A DNA stretch of 64,000 nucleotides from Mobula birostris (taxonomy: Eukaryota), in NCBI RefSeq assembly GCF_030028105.1, contig NC_092375.1, positions 41,019,130 through 41,083,129 of the forward strand. The letters run 5' to 3'. Both the position numbers and the translations under genes were made by a program. A model generated the notes under the pieces. It ran no database searches and was not told where the DNA came from. It was given only the letters and a program-made list of their open reading frames with translations. Below, one piece after another: positions 25,560-37,995 of the stretch. How positions within the stretch are numbered: the stretch's first letter is position 1; every line of letters begins with the position of its first letter.

Positions 25560-26006
25560 AGAACTTAAGGTCCTGTGAAAAGATTCAAGAACAATGTCGA
25601 CCGTTAGCGCGGAGAGGCGCCCAGTCTGACACGTAAGGGTGGCCAGCGCTGAACAGCTGCTAGCATTCAGATTACCAATAAGAAGATTTGCTGGACTGGA
25701 AATATTTTCAGGCTTTAAATACTCACGATCATCCACCGCACACCGCCCGACGACCCAGTGGTGCCTCACGCAGGCAGCAACGGCGCGTTCGCCGCCCGCC
25801 CGTGCGTCAATGCGTCACTTCGGGTGTCACACGACACCTTTGCATCACTGGAGGGAGGGGGAAGTCGGTTGGCGGTGACTGACAGACCCCTAGCCATTCA
25901 CAAAGGGACGTTGGTTCCGTTTGTGCTGCCTGGTGAGGAAATCAGCCAATCAGACAATGGTTTCTAAATAGTGGACGTAACCGACGCAAAGGTGGGGTAA
26001 AGTGAC
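25560..26006. promoter_or_regulatory. CpG-rich bidirectional promoter shared by GTF2E1 and RABL3
   Basis: Main non-repeat CpG-dense stretch in the window; 280 bp separate the GTF2E1 exon-1 donor from the RABL3 ATG. CCAAT boxes (~25675, ~25946), tandem TGCGTCA (25803, 25811), YY1-like ACATGGCAGC over the RABL3 ATG. Confidence 0.85.
25727..25820 (-). other. GTF2E1: Probable non-coding (5' UTR) exon 1 of GTF2E1; 5' end approximate
   Basis: Strong minus-strand donor GATC|GTGAGTAT at 25727/25726 inside the CpG-rich island. The GTF2E1 ATG exon is preceded by an acceptor, so an upstream exon is required. Confidence 0.7.
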
Positions 26007-26052
26007 ATGGCAGCGTTGGATCGTGTGAAGGTGCTGGTGTTGGGGGATTCAG
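26007..26052 (+). CDS. RABL3: Rab-like protein 3, exon 1 (46 nt, MAALDRVKVLVLGDS-G)
   Basis: Manual translation matches the RABL3 N-terminus; donor TCAG|GTGAAG; joins in frame to exon 2 to form P-loop GDSGVGKS. Confidence 0.96.
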
Positions 26053-26457
26053 GTGAAGGACAGCTGTGTTTCTCATATCTTTGCTTAGAAAGAATAGTAT
26101 GTTTGCGAAGTTCTGCATTTGTTGAGCTAATAATTTGGAGGTTCGTGAAGGGACAACTTTTTACATTGCTGTTGGATTGCTGATGTACAGATGCTTCATA
26201 CAACAGGAACCATCCTCGTTCATTAGATTTTAAAGTTATGATTATACCTAATGATAAACGCATCCTATGTCTTTATATTCATTTACACTGTTGAAGCGAC
26301 GCTGGAATCCTACATATTAAAATTTGCCAGTGATTAGTTTTTTTTACTCTGGTGCTGTAAAATTGATCCCTTGTGGACCAGCAGTTGAAGATGGAAAGAT
26401 GATGTAGTGTTAAGTACCCATACAGCAGTTTCACTTGTTAAATTATTGATAGAAGGA

Positions 26458-27420
26458 TTGAAGTTCAAGTTTATTGTCATGGGCTTGCAAACCCAGAATA
26501 TAAATGCTATGAAAGTTAGCTTTTTGCAACAGCACAGTACATGTACATGAACTTAAGGCAAATCATTAATAGTTTGCACGATAAAGTAAAACAAACGTAA
26601 CATTGGTACAAGTTGGGGGAAATATAGTCCAAGTTAGAAGGTGGCACAGTAGCACAGCTTCTGACATTAATGTACAATTAATGCAAATGGCTGGTTGATA
26701 GTCAGCATGAAGGCTTGTTTCTGTGCTGTATCTCTCTGTGATTACAGTACTTGTTTTTTTTTTCCTGCTTGGTTCAACAACCTTAATGCAGTGAGGAAAA
26801 TGCCGTTGTACTTTGAGTAATGGGTCTCCAGGCTCCTCTACCTCCTGCATGATGGTAGAAATGAGAAGAGACATATCTGGGTGGTAAGGGTCCTTAATGA
26901 TGGATGCTGCCTTCCTGAAAGATCCTCTCGTAGATGTCCTTGGCAATGAGAAGAGATCCACCCTTAATGGAAGTGGCAGAGTCCGCTGATCTCTGTAGCC
27001 TCTTGCATTCCTGTACATTGGAACTGCCATATCTGACCATGATGTTATGCTTTCCACTGTACATCTGTAGAAGTTTATCAGAGTCTTCGATAACTTGCTA
27101 ACTCTCTTTAAGCGTCCAGCTAAGTAAAGATAGTGACATGTCTTTACATGGTTACGCTGATGTGTTGGGCCCAGGATTGAGCTTTAGAAATATTGACACC
27201 TTAAAGCTGCTTATCCTTTCCAGTGAGGACTGGTGTGTGTTTACATGCCCTCCTAAAGTCCACAAATAGTTCCTTGGTTTTGCTGATGTTGAGTGTAAGG
27301 TTGCTGTTATGACCAATCTCACTCCTGGATACCACTTTGTCACTGTCTGTGATTCTGCCAACAACATTAGTGAATTTGCAGATAGCATTGGAGCCATACT
27401 TAGCCACATAGTCAGAGAGC
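26458..27420 (-). mobile_element. Rex1/Babar LINE, 5'-truncated
   Basis: LTLNISKTKELFVDFRR and RKAASIIKDPYHP; tail gaagttcaagtttattgtcat. Confidence 0.85.
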
Positions 27421-27624
27421 ATCATGATGGAATATTGAAATTCATAGTTTATTAGGTTAATTTGATTTGATTTTTGTAACCCGTTTATATAGTATTTGGT
27501 ATGACCTCTTCAGATTAAATTTGAATTACATTCGCACTGTCATAATGTAGGCATTCTTATCTATAGTGATCATTCTTATCTATAATTCATAAATACACAG
27601 GGAATGAATGATTTTATAAAATAG

Positions 27625-27880
27625 CTGCAGTAGTGTTGCCGGTAGTGTGACCCCGTTACAGCTCGGAGCGTATCAGAGTTCAGTTCCAGGACTGTCTGTA
27701 AGGAGTTTGTACATTCTCCCTGCAAGCACATGGGTTTCCTCCCACAATCCAAAGTTGTACCAGTAATTGGTCATTGTAAATTGTCTTGTGATGAGGCTGG
27801 TGCTAAATGGTTGGGCTGTTGGGCCGTGAGTCTTGTTGGCCAAGTAGGGCCTGTTCTGTGTTGTATCTCTAAATAAAATT
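27625..27880 (+). mobile_element. HE1-like V-SINE
   Basis: tRNA-like head, ctgtctgtaaggagtttgtacattctccc...tgggtttcctcccacaatccaaag (V-domain), CR1-like tail agggcctgttctgtgttgtatctctaaataaaa. Confidence 0.8.
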
Positions 27881-27942
27881 TAAAAACAAAATAAGAGATA
27901 ATCCAGCCTTATGCAGTTGATATATTAATAAAAAGTGAAATA

Positions 27943-28638
27943 CAGTGGATTCTGATTAATTGAGAAAATAGGCGGGATTCCTTTCATTTATTTGGGACAC
28001 TATTGCTGAGCAATTTCTAACAAGTGTCAGTCACGTGCACGTGTATGTTTGTTAGACACTACACCACACTTAGAGTGAACAGTTTTTAAAATGGTGTCAG
28101 CTGTGGGTGTTTGTGTTCAAAATATAGTTATTTTTGTCACTGGTAGTTGGTGAGAAATAACCAGTAAGACAATTCAAAACTGTTTTGCTCACTGCAGTTT
28201 CAAGCATTCGGGTTTTGGAGATGCCACAGCTGGGAGTGAAAATGAAACAATTTCATTATTTTAACAAGTTAAGAATTTGGAGGATGCAATTGTCAAAAGT
28301 ATTGTATAAAGGCAGTCCATTATCTGTGCTGTTGTCTGCTCTGATTTTGTTCATTTTCAGTCAATCAAAAGAACATGGCAGTGTACACTGGTTGAATTCC
28401 TCCGTTGATAACTATTAGGAGTTAATTCAATTTTATAGTATTGTAGTTGTAATAGAAATGTTCTAATTCTAAGTTTTATTTAAATACTTAATTTGATACT
28501 CAGTTAAATGGTAGTTTCTCCTTTTTTATACATACACTTTAAAAACTATTTCTATGAAACTTTGGCTAATTGAGGCAGCAGCTTAATTGGGCCAAAATGT
28601 ACTGGTCCCAATGTGTCGCAGTTAACCAGAATCCACTG
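27943..28638. mobile_element. Tigger/pogo-derived non-autonomous element (MITE)
   Basis: TA|CAGTGGATTCTGATTAA ... TTAACCAGAATCCACTG|TA; 17-bp TIR with one mismatch; TA TSD. Confidence 0.88.
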
Positions 28639-29019
28639 TACCAAAAATACTGAAGATCGTAAGTTTCAAAAGGTAGAAAAGGGTGGAAAATAATACAATG
28701 GATATAATGGAGTAATGCAGCATTTTGACCCAGAACATCACCAATTCATCTCTCCTGCCCCACCCCAACTGATGCTGCCCAACCCAGTCAATTTCTCTAA
28801 CAGGTAGTTTGTTGCTAGAAGATAGTATGTATTTCAGGTTGATAGCTTTCCATGAGAACTGTTAGATCATTGACATAAAATGCCAACTCTTCTGTTGCAC
28901 TGAATCTTTGCTATTTTTTAAACTTGTTTCTGACGCTCTGATTTTGTATCAGCTCAAGTTTACCGCCTCTGGTCCTAGCCCTGCCATGTTTATCTTGTGT
29001 CAGGAGTTTATGACTTCAG

Positions 29020-29280
29020 TTTCATTTCGGAGATTTGAGTAGAAAAGTTAGTGAATCTACAGGGAATGTAGCGCATTGGTTGAGAGATTTTCCAGACGAA
29101 GTGCCAGCAGATGAACTACAGTAAAATATCCCACAGGACTAATTAAAGAAGAGCAGTAAATACAAATGCCTGTTAGTATCCTTGCTCAAATATGTCTCCA
29201 ACAACAGCGCTGAAAATGTTATTTTACGATAATATACTGCCATTATGAGGGCTTGTAAATTGACTACCACTCTGGTATGG
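29020..29280 (+). mobile_element. Old DeuSINE-like relic
   Basis: aaagaagagcag...tatccttgctcaaatatgtctccaacaacagc resembles a Deu domain; highly diverged. Confidence 0.4.
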
Positions 29281-30249
29281 CTCTGAAGGGATCAGCTGGA
29301 ATCCTTCCTTGTGTAGAAAAGGACATTGGTAGTTAAAAGAGATCAGTCAATTAAATCCCAGGGCACCATTGCTGGAATACGGGCCTAATCATTTTCAACC
29401 TCCATCAATGAACCTTTCATCATGCCAGAAATGGAAATATTTGCTGGTAATTGCACAGTGTTTTATTCTATTTACATCTCATTAGAAAATGTGTGTAGAT
29501 GTGGGCTGTATTTAACAAGACAATACTTGGGCGTGTGCTGATACCAGGCAGTTAACATTGTTTGTGCGCAAGTAGCTGGCATTAGCAGATGGAAGAGGGA
29601 GTCGAACCAGTTACCATCCCCATTCAAATAAAGCAGTACTGGGCACCACGTGATCAACACCCTGGAGTTCTGCAGTGACCAAAAACTTCACAGATTCATG
29701 TGCGCATATCTGTGAATTTATGGTGAGCACTAACCATCCTAAATCTTAAAAGGGGTTTGACCGTCAATAAGCAAGTCAGAAATTTGCTGGAAAGCTCTTC
29801 CACAGCTCACAGAAGAAGCCAAACACAATTCATCATGTTCGATTAACATTTAATGCATCACGCTAAGCACCAACTCCCTCCACCATCAGTGCATCCTGAC
29901 CACAATGTGTAGAACCCACCAAATACATAGCAATTACTTGCCAAAGCTACTTTGGCACCATACAAACCTTTGATCTCTGCTACAAAAGACGATTCTGTTA
30001 GCAAGTGCATTAGAGCATCACTACTTGTATGATCTATAAGACCATAAGACAGAGGTCAGCCATTTGGCCCATCAAGTCTGCTCCGCCATTTTATCATGAG
30101 CTGATCCATTCTCCCATTTCATCTGTACCAATTCACTCAATTGTCCTGTACTACAAATGCTTGCTTATCTGTTCATTGCCTCATCTATATCGAGGAACTT
30201 GCTGGAAGTACTGCAACACATTAAAAAGATAGCTCCCCACTATCTTAAT

Positions 30250-31995
30250 AAAGACCTTAAGATATAGGAGCAGAATTACTCCGGTTGGCCCATGGAGTCT
30301 TCACCATCATTTCATCATGGCTGGTCCAATTTTTCCTCTCAGCTCCAATCTCCTGCCTTCTCCATGTATCCCTTTGTGCCCTGACCAATCAAGAGTCTAT
30401 CAACCTCTGCCTTAAATTGCATAAAGACTTGGCCTCCACAGCTGTCTATAGCAACAAATTCTATTGATTAACACACACAAAATGCTGGAGGAACTCAGCA
30501 GGCCAAGCAGCATCTATGGGGGAATAAAAGTACAGTCGTCATTTTGGGCCGAAACGGCATCCATAGTTGCTGCCTGGCCTGCTGAGTTCCTCCAGCATTT
30601 TGTGTGTGTTTCTTGGATTTCCAGCACCTGCAGATTTTCTCTTATTTGAAATTCCATAGATTCACCACTCTCTAGCTAAAGAAATGCCTCCTCATCTTCA
30701 TTCTACAAGGACATCTTTTTATACTGAGGCTGTGTCCTCTGGTCTTAGACACTCCCATTAAAGGAAAGATCCTCTCCACATCCACTCTATCTATGCCTTT
30801 CACCATTCGATAGGTTTCAATGAAGTCACCCCTCATTCTTCTGAATTCCAGTGAAAACTGATCCAGAGCCATTAAACACTCTGCATATGACAAGCTATTC
30901 AATTCTGGAATAATTTTCGTGAACCTCCTTTGAACCCTCTCCAGTTTCAGCACACCCTTTCCAAGATAAGGGGCACAAAACTGTTCACAATACTCTTAAG
31001 TGTGGCCTCAATAGTGCTTTATAAAGTCTCAACATTACGTCCTTGTTTTTGTATTATAGTCCTCTTGAAATGAAAGCTAATGTTGCATTTGCCTTCCTCA
31101 CCACAGATTCAATCTGCAAATTAACCTTTAGGCAATCCTGGTCAAGGACTCCAAAGTACCTTTGCACCTCTTTTTTTTTGTATTTTCTCTCCATTTAGGA
31201 AATAGTCAACACTTTTGTTTTTCTACCAAAGTGCATGACCATACATTTCCCAACACTGCATTCCATCTGTTACTTCTTTGCCCACTCTGCAAATCTGTCC
31301 AAGTTCTTTTGTAGCCCACTTCCTCAGAACAACCTGCCCCTCCACCTATCTTCATATTGTCTGCAAACTTTGCAACAAAGCCATCAATTCCATCATCCAA
31401 ATTATTGGCATATAATTAACAAGAAACATATAACACAACAAGAATTGGTCCCAACACTACTAGTCACTGGGAGCCCACCAGAATAGGCCGCCTTTATTCC
31501 CACTCTTTGCTGCCTACCAATCAGACAAAGTTCTATCCATGTTAGTATATTTCCTGTAATACCAAGGGCTCTTAACTTGTTAAGCAGCCTCATGTGTGGC
31601 ACCTTGTTAAAGACCTTCTGAAAATCCAAGTACACAACATCAATCGATACTCCTTTGTCTATCCTACTTGTTATCTCTTCAGAGAATTCCAACGGATTTG
31701 TCAGGCAAGATTTGCCCTTGAGGAAACAATGCTCACTATGGTCTATTTTATCCTGTGCCTCCAATTACTTTGATTTCTTATCCTTAATAATCGACTCCAA
31801 CATCTTCCCAACTACTGAGGTTAGACTACTTGGCCGATAGTTTCCTTTCTTCTACCTCTCTCCCTTCTTGAAGAGTGGAGTGACATTTGCAATTTTCCAG
31901 TCTTCTGGAACCATTCCAGAATCTAGTGATTCATGAAAGATCATTACTAATGCCTCCACAATTTCTTCAGCCGCCTCTTTCATGACCCTGGAGTG
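30250..31995 (-). mobile_element. CR1 LINE 3' half
   Basis: FLKGKSCLTNPLEF...DVVYLDFQKVFNKVPH, GFVAKFADNMKIGG, LERVQRRFTKIIP. Confidence 0.92.
30470..30648. mobile_element. Collapsed palindromic PLE-A mini-element
   Basis: Inverted arms acacacacaaaatgctggaggaactcagcaggcca / tggcctgctgagttcctccagcattttgtgtgtgt; diverged ~14-bp TSD aaattctattgatt (30456-30469) vs aaattccatagatt (30649-30662). Confidence 0.8.
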
Positions 31996-33058
31996 TCATG
32001 TTGGACAGAATGATGGACAGATGCTGCTGGGTGAACTGTCCCCGTTGGGTCCCAACACCTCTCTCTGTGACTGGATCTAAGCCACGGTCAGTCTGTACTG
32101 GCAGAAACATCTGTAGAGCCATAACGCTGAGCACTGGCGCCACCTGCTCACCCCACCAGGGTTGCGTGGTAGGCCCACTGCTGGCGCATGACTGTACTGC
32201 TAGATTCAGTTCAAACCGAATCATCAAGTTGACTGATGACACAGCAGTGCTTGCCGTCATCGACAACGGTGATAGGTACAGAGAGGAGGTTGAACAGCTG
32301 GTAGAATGGTTGTGGACTTTAGGAAGGTGCAGGCTGACCACACTCAAGGCACATAAACGCTCCTCCATGGAGAGGATTAGGAGCATGATGTTTTTGGGAG
32401 TGCATGCAGTGGACGATCTTATTTGATCCTTCAACATCACCTCTTTAGCCAAGAAAGCACTGCAGTGTCTCCACTTCCTCAGGAGGTGGAGGTGAAACTA
32501 TACCTTTTCCACCCCCCCCCCCCCAACCATTCAACCAGCGTTCACATGAAAGCGTCACTGAGAGTCCTGGCCAACTGTGTCACCGTCTGGTTATCCGACC
32601 TCAAGATCGGACAAAGTATTGTGAGGACTGCGGAGAGGATCATCCCAGCCTTCTGAGATATTTTGCAGGAGTGCTGCGTACGCAGTGCCCACTGCATCGT
32701 CGGTGATCCCTCCCATCCCTTCAACAATCCCTTTGACTTACCATCAGGCAGGAGGTACCGTAGCATTAGGAAAAAGACTGTTAGAATGGGAAACGGCTTT
32801 TTCCCCCAAACCATGAAACTACTGCATTCCCTGCCACCGCACAGGTTTCATCACACATGAAGCACTAGTAGCATATACTGTTTACTTTTGACCAGTGTAG
32901 TAAATGCACCTTAGTATTTGTCAGTGTCTTTGTGATAATATTAGCCTGTGTTGTGTGTGAGTTATATGTACTGTGTTGTGCACCTTTGTATGGAAGAACA
33001 CTTGTTTCATTTGGTGGTATTCATGTATATGGTTGAATGACGATAAACATGAACTTGT
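31996..33058 (+). mobile_element. Rex1/Babar LINE, 5'-truncated
   Basis: AITLSTGA...QGCVVGPLL...DCTARFSSNRIIKLTDDTAV and GDPSHPFN...LPSGRRYRS...GFFPQTMKLL. Confidence 0.88.
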
Positions 33059-33321
33059 CAAAGGTGTCAGGCACCGTAAATTAAGTAAATGTGTTTCTTG
33101 CATTGGCTGAGAAGCCTTTATGAATAACCTGAAATATTGTTTTGGATATGAATTTTTGGATTTCTGTGTGTACAATTTTATTGCAAACAAAGTGAATATT
33201 CTCCAGTTGGTACCTAATTAGCCCTCTAGCAGTAGATTGCTCCCAATAGCATTGATATTTTTATATTTTTCATCAGGCAATTCATTCCACTTGGTGTTTT
33301 TCTTATCTGCTTGTTTTTCAG

Positions 33322-33413
33322 GAGTTGGGAAATCATCTCTTGTCCATTTGTTTTGCCACAACCAGGTACTGGGCAATCCATCGTGGACTGTTGGATGCTC
33401 TGTAGATGTGAGG
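33322..33413 (+). CDS. RABL3: RABL3 exon 2 (92 nt, [31 protein letters not shown])
   Basis: Acceptor ttgtttttcag, donor AGG|GTAAGT; peptide visible inside ORF 33237..33446. Confidence 0.97.
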
Positions 33414-33609
33414 GTAAGTTTTCAGGGGGTCAGAACCTTCTCTTAAATGTAAAATATCAAGATTTTTTTTCCTCTAAGTTATTATAAGTTCACTCAATAC
33501 AGCAACTTGATCTTAAGAGGAAAAACAATTTTGATTTATGTTCCTGATTTGGGGAATTTAAAACAGTGATGGTCATAAAGATACTTCTGGTTTGGAATAA
33601 TGTGCATAG

Positions 33610-34790
33610 TCTGATTGGGGTTCCAGTCTGGTCCAGCTGTTGATTTTAACCAACTTTTCAATGACAAACTCTGCCACCTTCATCAGAGATGATGCTTACA
33701 CCCATCTAGTCCGGTGGTATATACACTCAACTGCTGAGGACTAACCAATCGGGCTTCCTACCTTGTTTAAAATCATATTCCAGTTGTTACTTCACAAAGA
33801 CAAAGGTCTTGCTCTAAATAAGAACAATTTTAAACAAGGTGGGAAAGCAGAAACCAGCGCAGCGTGGCAGCAGTGGCCTTTCGGATCTGGTGCTACTTTA
33901 ATTTAGTTTTTAAATTTAATTTTAAGGTACAATTAGGGTTTAGGGCAATGGATAACAGAGTGACTATCTACCATCGCCAGATACTGCTATAATATAGAGA
34001 TCACCCAAAAACAAACCTTCATGAAGATCTGCTGGTTAAATTGCGCGACCTCGGCTTGCTGAGGGAATCGGGCCCGCAGTCCTCGGAGTTGCCTGAGGCC
34101 AGTGACTGGAGGTGGGGACGACGTAAGCAGTGTGCGAGGAAGTGGAAGTGAGGCCAGCGGGCCGAAGTCTGTGTCAGGAAAAAAGCAAGCCCTAGCCGCC
34201 GGCTCTCCTGTCCATTCTGCTCTCCAATGGACATTAAATTGAACTACATCCGACTCCAACGAAATACTCAGCGGGAGTACAGAAACGGACGGAATCCGTT
34301 ATTTATGTAACAGTTTTTCCCCCAAGCCATCGGACTACCAACCTACTGCCCTCTGCTGTGCCTATTGTCTTGTTTATTATTTATTGTAATGCCTGCACTG
34401 TTGTGTATACTTTATGCAGTCCCGGGTAGGTCTGTAGTCTAGTGTAGTTTTTGTGTTGTTTTATGTAGTTCAGTGTAGTTTTTGTATTGTTTCATGCAGC
34501 CCCATGGTCCTGAAAAACGTTGTCTCGTTTTTACTGTGTACTGTACCAGCAGTTATGGTCGCAGTGACAATAAAAAGTGGCTTGACTTGAATGGTTAATC
34601 CTCAACAATCAGGAAGGACAGACGACCAGGGTGTATACATACGACTGGACTAGACATGCCCAGGCATCTTACCTGATGAAGATGATGGAGTTTGTGATCG
34701 GAATGTCAGTTAAAATCAACACCTGGACTTGGCTGGAAGCCTGAGAAGAGTTTATTTGTCATGTATGCCAGGAAAGCACTAGATCCTTTC
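33610..34790. mobile_element. Palindromic Penelope-like element family B (Poseidon-like) with two degenerate hammerheads, interrupted by 33858-34590
   Basis: Arms ~33620-33775 and ~33827-33857/34590-34740 are reverse complements. Minus arm: CTGATGA A ggtggcagag-tttgtcatt GAAA; plus arm: CTGATGA A gatgatggag-tttgtgatc GGAA-TGTC. Confidence 0.65.
33858..34590 (+). mobile_element. Internally deleted Rex1/Babar derivative (5' UTR plus N-terminus fused to the 3' end)
   Basis: MDNRVTIYHRQILL..., basic stretch, LLSILLSN, KLNYIRLQRNTQREYRN joined almost directly to NSFSPQAI and tail gtgacaataaaaagtggcttgacttga. Confidence 0.72.
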
Positions 34791-36392
34791 TGGAATAACA
34801 TGTCATTATGGAATTAAGGAGTAGGTGAATTCTGGAAATTTTCTTTAACTCTTAGTTCTCAATTTGATTCCAGAATTGGGCTGTTCTTCAGAGGCCATTG
34901 AATGGAAAATGATGACATTTGTGGGGAGAGAAATAGAGTTAATGTTCCCAGATTGTATACCCATTTTCAGAACTGCAGCAACTACAAGAATACCATTTTA
35001 AAACTGCAGGGGTGCTTGGGGAAAGGGGACGCCTCTGTTAGGGTAAAACTTGGGTGATGGTGGGATTAGGCTGTAAACAGGATTATCTGGTCAAAGAGTG
35101 AATTGGAGTAGTTTAAAAGTGGGAACATAGGGAAAATGTAGAGCAGGTCAAGCTGGGGTTGTCCACTTTCAGGGGCAGAGTGTAGAGGGGCAAGAAGGTG
35201 GGAGGAGGAAGCAAATGAGCTGAACCAATATCAGTCAACCAAGTATCAGTCAATCATTTGTTACAGACAGAAATCACGTTACCTTAGGTTGTAGAATTAA
35301 ATATGGAGTCCAGAAGGCATGTTCAGAAAGAAGATGAAGTGCTGTTTCTCAAGTGTGCTTTGGGCCTCATTGAAGCAGTCCAGGAGGCAAGAGTGTTGAG
35401 TCAGATGAAAGGGAATTTATTTTTGTTTGCTAGAGTAGTAGACAAAGAGAAATTTGTAAATATAATACACTTGGATTTCTAGAAAGCAATTGATTAGGTG
35501 CCTATAAAATCTTTCTATATAAGAAAAGGAATGTACAATATTTGGATTGGAATTTGGCATGACAGTAGAGTATCTAGCTATCAGAAAACAGGATGAGTGG
35601 GTCATATTTAATTGGCAATGTAACTCATAGGGCACATCAAGAATCAATGCTAGAACCTAAACTATTTACAGTGTATATTAGTGACTGGGAAAGAAGGGGT
35701 TAAATTTGCTGCGATTAGTAATGAAGGTTGGTTTAGCAAGTTGTGAAGACACCAAAAGCCTACAGAAGGATGTGGATAAGTTAAGTGTGCAGATAGGGGA
35801 GTAGTCAGATCAAGTATAAAGAGGAGAAAGATAAGATTATCCATTTTGTAAGGACGAATGAAAAAGCAAATTACTACTTCAACGGAATCTGACTACAAAA
35901 TTTCATGGTACATTGGGATCTAGGGAGTTTTAGTGCAGGAACTAAAAAGATTGGCTTACAGGTACAGCAGCTAATAAAAAGGCAAGTAAAATATTGGCAA
36001 CACACATCAGAGTTGCTGGTGAATGCAGCAGGCCAGGCAGCATCTATGGGAAGAGGTACAGTCGATGTTTCGGGCTGAGACCCTTTGTCAGGACTAACTG
36101 AAAGAAGAGCTAGTAAGAGATTTGAAAGTGGGAGGGGAGGGGGAGATCCAAAATGATAGGAGAGGACAGGAGGGGGAGTGATGGAGCCAAGAGCTGGACA
36201 GGTGATTGGCAAAGGGGATATGAGAGGATCATGGGACAGGAGGCCCAGGGAGAAGGAAAAAGGGAGGGGGAAACCCAGAGGATGGGCAAGGAGTATAGTG
36301 AGAGGGACAGAGGGAGAAAAAGGAGAGAGAGAAAAAGAATGTGTGTATATAAATAAATAACGGATGGGGTACGAGGGGGAGGTGGGGCATTA

Positions 36393-37416
36393 GTCATAGT
36401 CATACTTTATTGATCCTGGGGGAATTTGGTTTTCATTACAGTTGCACCATAAATAATGACTAGTAATAGAACCATAAATAGTTAAATAGTAATATGTAAA
36501 TTATGCCAGTAAATTACGAAATAAGTCCAGGACCAGCCTATTGGCTCAGGGTGTCTGACCCTCCAAGAGAGGAGTTGTAAAGTTTGATGGCTACAGGCAG
36601 GAATGACTTCCTATGACGCTCTGTGTTGCATCTCGGTGGAATGAGTCTTTGGCTGAATGTACTCCTGTGCCCACCCAGTACCTTATGTAGTGGATGGGAG
36701 AGATTGACCGAGATGGCATGCAACTTAGACAGCATCCTCTTTTCAGACACCACCATGAGAGAGTCCAGTTCCAGCCCCACGTCATCACTGGCCTTACAAA
36801 TGAGTTTGTTGATTCTGTTGGTGTCTGCTACCCTCAGCCTGCTGTCCCAGCACACAACAGCAAACATGATAGCACTGGCCACCACAGACTCGTAGAACAT
36901 CCTCAGCATCGTCCAGCAGATGTTAAAGGACTTCATTCTCCTCAGGAAATAGAGACGGCTCTGTCCCTTCTTGTAGACAGCCTCAGTGTTCTTTGACCAG
37001 TCCAGTTTATTGTCAATTCGTATCCCCAGGTATTTGTAATCATCCACCATGTCCACACTGACCCCCTGGATGGAAACAGGGATCACCGGTACCTTAGCTC
37101 TCCTCAGGTCTACCACCAGCTCCTTAGTCTTTTTCACATTAAGCTGCAGATAATTCTGCTCACACCATGTGACAAAGTTTCCTACGGTAGCCCTGTACAC
37201 AGCCTCATCTCCCTTGCTGATACATCCAACTATGGCAGAGTCATCTGAAAACTTCTGAAGATGACAAGTCTCTGTGCAGTAGCTGAAGTTGGATATGTAA
37301 ATTGTGAAGAGAAAAGGAGACAAGACAGTCCCCTGTGGAGCCCCAGTGCTGCTGATCACTCTGTCGGACACACAATGTTGCAAGCACACGTACTGTGGTC
37401 AGCCAGTCAGGTAATC
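36393..37416 (-). mobile_element. Young 5'-truncated Rex1/Babar LINE with an uninterrupted 283-codon RT C-terminus
   Basis: STGAPQGTVLSPFLFTIY...HLQKFSDDSAIVGCI...LQLNVKKTKELVVDLRR...YKYLGIRID...RKSFLPVAIKLYN; tail gtcatagtcatactttattg. Confidence 0.93.
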
Positions 37417-37957
37417 AAGAATGTGTATTTATAAATATATGGCTTCATCTTTACAGTAGAGGAGGCCGTGGATAGACATATCAGAATGGGAATGGGACGT
37501 GGTATTATAATGTGTGACCACTGGGAGATCCTGCTTTCTCTGGCCTCCTCTACTGTAAAGGTGAAGCCACACTCAGGTTGGAGGAACAACACCTTATATT
37601 CCGTCTGGGTAGCCTCCAACCTGATGGCATGAACATTGACTTCTCAAACTTCCAATAATGCCCCACCTCCCCCTCGTACCCCATCTGTTACTTATTTATA
37701 TACACACATTCTTTTTCTCTCTCTCCTTTTTCTCCCTCTGTCCTTCTCACTATACCCCTTGCTCATCCTCTGGGTTTTCCCCCCCCCTCCCTTTTTTCTG
37801 TCTCCCTAGGCCTCCTGTCCCATGATCCTCTCATATCCCTTTTGCCAATCAACTGTTCAGCTCTTGGCTTCATCCCTCCCCCTCCTGTCTTCTCCTATCA
37901 TTTGGATCTCCCCCTCCCCCTCCCACTTTCAAATCTCTTACTAACTCTTCCTTCAGT

Positions 37958-37995
37958 TAGTCCTGACGAAGGGTCTCAGCCTGAAACGTCGACTG
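37958..37995 (+). ncRNA. Minimal type I hammerhead ribozyme motif (PLE-type), near intact
   Basis: Stem I tagtc/gactg; core CTGACGA(A); stem II gggt-ctca-gcct; GAAA; palindromic ACGT stem III; predicted GUC cleavage after 37990. Activity untested. Confidence 0.72.

Noticed and set aside
36538-37389. Longest ORF (283 aa) as a host gene or domesticated RT
   Set aside because: It is the C-terminal half of a 5'-truncated Rex1/Babar RT with its own tail; openness reflects recent insertion.
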